Shown here piece after piece: positions 24,095-29,051 of a stretch of 29,051 nt of DNA. The stretch is from NCBI GenBank assembly GCA_044869275.1, contig JBIOXB010000060.1, positions 1 through 29,051 on the forward strand. The letters are read 5' to 3'. The notes beneath the pieces are model-generated. The model made no database searches. It was given only the letters and a program-made list of their open reading frames with translations, and had not been told where the DNA came from. How positions within the stretch are numbered: the stretch's first letter is position 1; each line of letters opens with the position of its first letter. A program made the translations under genes and the position numbers. Source of the stretch: a bacterium (GTDB lineage: Bacteria; Zhuqueibacterota; Zhuqueibacteria; Zhuqueibacterales; Zhuqueibacteraceae).

Positions 24095-25324
24095 TTATCT
24101 CTTTAAGCCCTCCTGGATTTCCACAATACCGACACCGAGCGTCTTGCGCGCGATCACCTCGAGATCACTTTCCGATCCCTGCAAATGAATCGTCCGGTGC
24201 CGATGCGTGGCGCTTGCCATGCACGCCAGCGCCAGTGCCGGAGAAGAGGTTTCCAACTCATAGAACTGTCCCATTTGCGCCGCCCCTGGTGCAGGCGGGC
24301 CATCGTTGTAGCTGTTCACCACGTCGCCGCTCCAGGGATCATCCTGCATCTTCCACATCGAGTTCACATATTCGACCGCACCTTCCGGCAGAGTGAATTG
24401 CACCAGGGTGAGGAGACGATGAACGGCATCGTAACTGCCTAGCATGGGTTTGCAGCGTTGCGGCGGGATTCCGATCTTGCTGCGATGTCTGGCATCTGCC
24501 GCAAAAAACAAAACACTGTCTCTCACCACCAAGCGCCCGGGCGGCACCTTGCCAAAATAAGCATCGTTCACCACCGGCCCCCGTGCTGCTTCCGGCCCCG
24601 GCTGGAATGGAATGGCCACCGCCGTCGCGGGCGAAGCGTTGAACATTCCCAGAATCCAAATCGAGAGCAAACCGGTTTCCCGCTGCCAGGCTTGGTCGCC
24701 GGTATTCTTCACCGTATTAAAGGATTCGAAGCCAACCACTTTGACCTCCGGCTGCAGCACGATGCCAAGATGTTGTGCCACGGCGGCTCGAGTCAGCAGA
24801 TGAATCTCGCGATTCACTTCCAATTCGAATGCCGCGCCGGAATAATTGGTCAAGCGCATCCTGCGCCGGCAGTGCACGCGATCGCGGGTTTTGCCAATCA
24901 GCTCGAACGGCTCGGTGTCGATGGGGGGCGGTGTGAACCAATGCTCCAAATCAAACGAAACTCCGTTGGCGAAGAATATGGAAAACTGCCCGCCCTCCGG
25001 CCCGATCCAAAAGCGGTCCTCGCCGCCAAAGACATTGATATGTGGCTGGAATTTTCCAGAGGCGATAAGCTCGCGATTGACCCAACCGTAACTGATGCCA
25101 TTGAGGCCCTCCGCCGTGCTGGTCATGACACGGCATTGATACGCCGGCACCACGGCCACTTGCATGGCGCCCGTGGTATCAGAAAGCACGATCACCTCGA
25201 GGCGTTTCTGCAGGAACGCCAAATCATCACCGAAAACCGGTGCACCTGCAATGTCTTGTGCCCGGACGCATGCAGCCATTGTGGTGAGGAGTGACATGGC
25301 GAGTCCGATGCAATTCATTCTCAT
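24095..25324 (-). CDS. DUF6786-like exported protein
   Basis: Recognised from motifs RVMTSTA, SYGWVN, GGEDRFWIGPEGGQFSIFF, SIWILGMF, NSYNDGP, FYELETSSPA; N-terminal signal-like segment. Confidence 0.8.
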   Translation of the reverse strand: MRMNCIGLAMSLLTTMAACVRAQDIAGAPVFGDDLAFLQKRLEVIVLSDTTGAMQVAVVPAYQCRVMTSTAEGLNGISYGWVNRELIASGKFQPHINVFGGEDRFWIGPEGGQFSIFFANGVSFDLEHWFTPPPIDTEPFELIGKTRDRVHCRRRMRLTNYSGAAFELEVNREIHLLTRAAVAQHLGIVLQPEVKVVGFESFNTVKNTGDQAWQRETGLLSIWILGMFNASPATAVAIPFQPGPEAARGPVVNDAYFGKVPPGRLVVRDSVLFFAADARHRSKIGIPPQRCKPMLGSYDAVHRLLTLVQFTLPEGAVEYVNSMWKMQDDPWSGDVVNSYNDGPPAPGAAQMGQFYELETSSPALALACMASATHRHRTIHLQGSESDLEVIARKTLGVGIVEIQEGLKR

Positions 25325-25339
25325 TATTTTGACCTCATA

Positions 25340-25378
25340 AAATCCGTGGGCATTCGTTTCCTCCGCGCCTCCGTGATC
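25340..25378. repeat. Solo degenerate arm of the 3231-3320 element family
   Basis: AAATCCGTGGGCATTCGTTTCCTCCGCGCCTCCGTGATC aligns with 3281-3320. Confidence 0.7.
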
Positions 25379-25424
25379 GAAAAAGATCTTGTCTTAATCC
25401 ACTCGAACATTTTCTCGACCGTGG

Positions 25425-26384
25425 TCACGGCCTGCCCAGCAGCTTTTTGATCTCGGGATCATTGAGGTTGTCGCGCGTGATGAGACGCACGCCGGTATCC
25501 ACCACCGTTGCCACCGCTTTGCCACGAATATGCTCCACCAAAGTTTTCACGCCTTCATAGCCCATGCGCGTCGGGTCTTGCGCGACCAACGCATCGATCT
25601 CGCCTTTCTCCAGCGCCTCGACCAGCGGGGGGGAAGTGTCGAAGCCGACAAATTTGATTTTTCCCGCGAGATTCGTTTGCCGCAACGCCAGCAGCATCCC
25701 GAACGTGCTCGATTCGTTCGGGCAGAATATGCCGTCGGCTTCCTTGATTTTGTCCAGCATGTTCAAACTGGCAGTTTTAGCTTCGCCCGCAGTGGCGCCG
25801 GCATAGCGGTTGTCCACAATGATCTGGATACCTGCATTTTTGCCGATCGCCTCGAGAAAGCCGGCTTCGCGCTCGACCGTGCTCGCCGAGCCAATTTGAT
25901 AGCGCAACAACGCCACTTTGCCTTTGCCCTGCAGCAGTTTCGCGAGCTGCTCGCCGCCCAGGCTGCCACCCTTGCGGTTGTTGGTCGCGACAAAGCTGGC
26001 GAAATCCTTGCCGGCTTCACCCTTGAGGGCGCTGTCGAAAATCACCACGGGAATTTTTTTCTGGCCCGCGGCGGCGACCGGCCGCTTCAGCGCGGCGTCG
26101 TCCAGCGGCGCCAGCACGATACCCGACACGCCCTCGGTGACAAACTGCTCGACGATGGCGATTTGCTGCGCGCGGTCGTTTTCCTTGAGGGGGCCCTTCC
26201 AAATGATCTCGACACCCAACTCCTCGCCGGCCTTGCGCGCCCCAGCTTCAATGGACTTCCAAAACAAGTGCGTCGTGCCTTTGGGAATGACGGCGATTTT
26301 CAGCTTCGCATTTTGTGCCCGCATGGGCCGCGAAGGGCATAGCAGAAGCATAAGTGTTGAAATGATAACAATTGTTTTTCTCAT
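25425..26384 (-). CDS. Monosaccharide ABC transporter substrate-binding protein
   Basis: Signal peptide; IAVIPKGTTHLFWKS, PVVIFDS, FVATNN, FVGFD, VAQDP..MGY (periplasmic binding protein type I). Confidence 0.95.
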   Translation of the reverse strand: MRKTIVIISTLMLLLCPSRPMRAQNAKLKIAVIPKGTTHLFWKSIEAGARKAGEELGVEIIWKGPLKENDRAQQIAIVEQFVTEGVSGIVLAPLDDAALKRPVAAAGQKKIPVVIFDSALKGEAGKDFASFVATNNRKGGSLGGEQLAKLLQGKGKVALLRYQIGSASTVEREAGFLEAIGKNAGIQIIVDNRYAGATAGEAKTASLNMLDKIKEADGIFCPNESSTFGMLLALRQTNLAGKIKFVGFDTSPPLVEALEKGEIDALVAQDPTRMGYEGVKTLVEHIRGKAVATVVDTGVRLITRDNLNDPEIKKLLGRP

Positions 26385-26424
26385 CCATTTCTCCTTGGAA
26401 ATTGAATATCTTGCCCGTTTTTTG

Positions 26425-26495
26425 AAACCGCTAATGAACGCGAATGTACGCTAATATGTTCTCCATTCGCGTTTATTAGCATTCATTCGCGGTTT
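26425..26495. repeat. Palindrome of 10-nt periodic units
   Basis: AAACCGCTAAT GAACGCGAAT GTACGCTAAT-9 nt-ATTCGCGTTT ATTAGCATTC ATTCGCGGTTT. Confidence 0.85.
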
Positions 26496-26606
26496 GAAAA
26501 ATGGGAACGATATGCAATTCTCGATCTGCGGTTTTGTACACATTTTTTCTGTGTATTTCGCGAGCGCAGTGTTCCTTTGATTGTTCCGGCTTGCTTCGCT
26601 AGAGAC

Positions 26607-28808
26607 TCATCGCAAAAACGCTTCATGCAAGCCGCCATCCACACTCAAAATCTGTCCCGTGGTCTTGCCGAGGCGGTTGCTGAGCAACAAAAAAATCGCT
26701 TCGGCTTGGTCGGCAGTCGTGATCGGCTGCTTCAAGAGGGTGCGGTCGGCGTAGAATCGCGCCAGTCTCGCACGCAAAGCTTCATCTGATTCCGTTTCGG
26801 AGTATTGCAGCTTATACTTTGCCAATGAGGCCAGAACACGGTCTCGCGGGAACATGGTACTCCCCTCCACCACCGTCGCCGGGGCCACGCCATTGACGCG
26901 TACCAGCGGCGCAAACTCGACCGCCAATTCACGCACGAGGTGGTTGGCTGCGGCCTTGCTGGTGTCATAGGCAAGACTGCCTTTCTTGGAGACGACGGCA
27001 TTGGCGCTGGTGGTGAGCACGAGATTGGCTGTCAAGCCTTGCTCCTGCCACAGGCGCGCGGCTTCGTCCGCGAGGAAATAAGCGCCGATGACGTTAATGG
27101 AAAATGTAAGCGCCCATTGCTCGTCGGGAATATGGCCGGTGAGATCAGGAGGAACGAAGATGCCGGCGGTCACCACCACCGCATCGAGGCCGCCGTAAGC
27201 CCAAACCACCTCCGCCAGCATCGCACGAATGCTTTCGCGCTGAGTGAGGTCGGCGTGCAAGCCCAGGGCCGGACCGCAGTTTGAACGGCCCGTGCCGGCC
27301 ACGCCGATTCCCAGGCCGTGTTTGCCGGTGATTTCTTTCGCCGTCGTTTCTGCCGCGCCGGCGTTGAGATCGACGCAGGCCACATGCGCGCCCTCCTGGA
27401 CGAGCCGGTGCGCGACTTCCTTGCCGATGCCGCTGCCGGCGCCCACGACGGCAATGATTTGCCGCGCCAACTCCTTTTCCGGCGGCATGCGGCGCAACTT
27501 GGCTTCTTCGAGCAGCCAGTACTCGATATCGAATGCCTCTTGTTGGGGCAGGGCAACGTATTCGTCGAGGGCTTCTGCCCCGCGCATCACTTCCACCGCG
27601 CAATTGTAAAACTCCGCCGTAACGCGCGATTCGCTCTTGTCCTTGCCCCACGCCACCATGCCGAGACCCGGAATCAAGATGACGGTCGGATTGGGATCGC
27701 GCATCGCCGGAGAATCGGAATGTTTGCAGCGCTGATAATAGTCCGCGTAATCCTGCCGGTATTGCACCAGGCCTGCGGCGAGGCGGGTCTTCAATTCTTC
27801 CAGCGACTCACGTTGTGGATTCCAATCCACATAGAGCGGCTTGATTTTCGTCCGCAAGAAATGGTCGGGACAGGAGGTTCCCAGTCCGGCGAGACGCGCG
27901 GCCGCGGCACTATTCACGAAGCGCAGCATTTTCTCATCATCCTGCAGAGTACCGACGAAACGCCGGTGCTGGCTCAATTGCCCGCGCAGCCAGGGCAGAA
28001 GGTTGGCGATCACGGTGTGGCGTTGCTCGGGCGCAAGCGTGCGATACTTGGCGCCGCCAAAGCTCTTTTCACTTTGATCATGCTGATCGATATACGCTGC
28101 CGCGCGTTCGATGAGGCGCAACGTCAGCTCATAGCACTCGCGGTCGTCGCCCGCCCAATTGATCAAGCCATGCTGGCCGAGGACGACGCCTTTGGCGCGC
28201 GGATATTGCCTGCAGATCTCTTGCAGCTTCAAGCCGAGATCGAATCCCGGCCGTTGCCAGGGCGTCCAGACCACTTCGTCGCCGAAAATCTCTGCGGTCA
28301 GTCGCTTGGCATTTTTCGCCGCTGCAATGGCGATGACGGCGTTGGGATGCATGTGATCGACGTGCGCGTGGGGAATGAACGCGTGCAGAGGTGTGTCGAT
28401 CGAGGCCGCGCGCGGGTTGAGGTTGAATGTACAATGCGGATAAAGGCCGACCATCGCATCTTCAATCTCAGTCTTGGGCCCGCGCTTCTCCCCCCTCAAA
28501 TATACAGGCTGCAACTCCAACAGCTTCTGCTGATAAAGCGAAGCGAAGTTTTCCTTCTTCGCCGTGCGCAGGTCCCCGCCAGAGCCTTTCACCCAGAGCA
28601 CCTCCACAGATTGTCCGGAGAGAGGATCGCGCTCGAGGGTTTTCGCCGAGGTGTTGCCCCCACCGGTGTTGGTAATACGCTGATCCGCGCCCAGCAGATT
28701 CGAGCGGTAGACAAGCTTGCCGGCTGGATCGAGCTTGCCGGCTTCGGTTTCATTCCAAAGATAGTTGACGAATCTGTAGGGTAAGTTTTGACTCATGCTT
28801 GGGCTCAA
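26607..28808 (-). CDS. rhaD: Bifunctional rhamnulose-1-phosphate aldolase / short-chain dehydrogenase (RhaEW/YuxG type)
   Basis: YRSNLLG, GGGNTSAK, VKGSGGDL, SIDTPLH, VDHMH, SCPDHFLRTK, FDIEYWLLEEAKL; SDR motifs GAGSGIG and YDTSK. Confidence 0.93.
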   Translation of the reverse strand: MSPSMSQNLPYRFVNYLWNETEAGKLDPAGKLVYRSNLLGADQRITNTGGGNTSAKTLERDPLSGQSVEVLWVKGSGGDLRTAKKENFASLYQQKLLELQPVYLRGEKRGPKTEIEDAMVGLYPHCTFNLNPRAASIDTPLHAFIPHAHVDHMHPNAVIAIAAAKNAKRLTAEIFGDEVVWTPWQRPGFDLGLKLQEICRQYPRAKGVVLGQHGLINWAGDDRECYELTLRLIERAAAYIDQHDQSEKSFGGAKYRTLAPEQRHTVIANLLPWLRGQLSQHRRFVGTLQDDEKMLRFVNSAAAARLAGLGTSCPDHFLRTKIKPLYVDWNPQRESLEELKTRLAAGLVQYRQDYADYYQRCKHSDSPAMRDPNPTVILIPGLGMVAWGKDKSESRVTAEFYNCAVEVMRGAEALDEYVALPQQEAFDIEYWLLEEAKLRRMPPEKELARQIIAVVGAGSGIGKEVAHRLVQEGAHVACVDLNAGAAETTAKEITGKHGLGIGVAGTGRSNCGPALGLHADLTQRESIRAMLAEVVWAYGGLDAVVVTAGIFVPPDLTGHIPDEQWALTFSINVIGAYFLADEAARLWQEQGLTANLVLTTSANAVVSKKGSLAYDTSKAAANHLVRELAVEFAPLVRVNGVAPATVVEGSTMFPRDRVLASLAKYKLQYSETESDEALRARLARFYADRTLLKQPITTADQAEAIFLLLSNRLGKTTGQILSVDGGLHEAFLR

Positions 28809-28823
28809 TTCCGCTTGTGTTAT

Positions 28824-29051
28824 TTATGAATGATTTTCCATCGGATAGAAACAACCCAACGGATGTAAAGAGAGTTCTGCGCTGCAAATATATATCGAAA
28901 CACGAACGCCGCAAATTTCCAGATCGTTCTTTCCAAAGTTGACTATGATCCCTGTCTTCAGTTCTTTGGCTCTTAAGTAGGACTGTATTTTAGCCACATC
29001 ATAAAAATCGATCTTCTCTGCCAGAGCCTTGATCTGACAAATTAATTGCCT
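28824..29051 (-). CDS. C-terminal part of a GxxExxY-family (PD-(D/E)xK nuclease-like) protein; runs off the window edge
   Basis: Manual translation: RQLICQIKALAEKIDFYDVAKIQSYLRAKELKTGIIVNFGKNDLEICGVRV...; matches the family pattern ExKA...YL+A....G++VNFG. Lower GC than neighbouring genes. Confidence 0.75.
   Translation of the reverse strand, partial: RQLICQIKALAEKIDFYDVAKIQSYLRAKELKTGIIVNFGKNDLEICGVRVSIYICSAELSLHPLGCFYPMENHS
28837..28865. repeat. Dispersed 29-bp repeat, copy 2 (inverted relative to 9025-9053)
   Basis: Reverse complement CATCCGTTGGGTTGTTTCTATCCGATGGA. Confidence 0.85.

Overview
GC-rich bacterial chromosomal window; the gene set and intergenic repeat style suggest a KSB1/Calditrichota-like diderm, which is inference only. 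Nearly all genes are on the minus strand. The left part holds a truncated HxxxCxxC anti-sigma with its ECF sigma, an alpha/beta hydrolase, a PHP-family lipoprotein, a lipoprotein + TonB-dependent receptor operon with a long hairpin-rich leader, an M20 amidohydrolase and an apparently internally deleted nucleotidyltransferase. The right part is a sugar-utilisation region: bifunctional rhamnulose-1-P aldolase/SDR, ABC binding protein, DUF6786-like protein, ABC ATPase and permease, two GH38 genes and an Fe-ADH. It is interrupted by an oppositely oriented ECF sigma + Ser/Thr kinase-TPR module. Best candidates for something new: (1) an intact 1368-aa, probably exported GH38 homologue lacking the catalytic nucleophile and most Zn ligands, directly upstream of a catalytically complete cytoplasmic GH38; (2) a structured ~240-nt leader ending in an anti-Shine-Dalgarno sequence ahead of the TonB operon; (3) several families of periodic palindromic intergenic repeats, one shared with the 3' end of a GxxExxY nuclease-like gene. 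Family calls come from motif recognition by eye; no searches were run.
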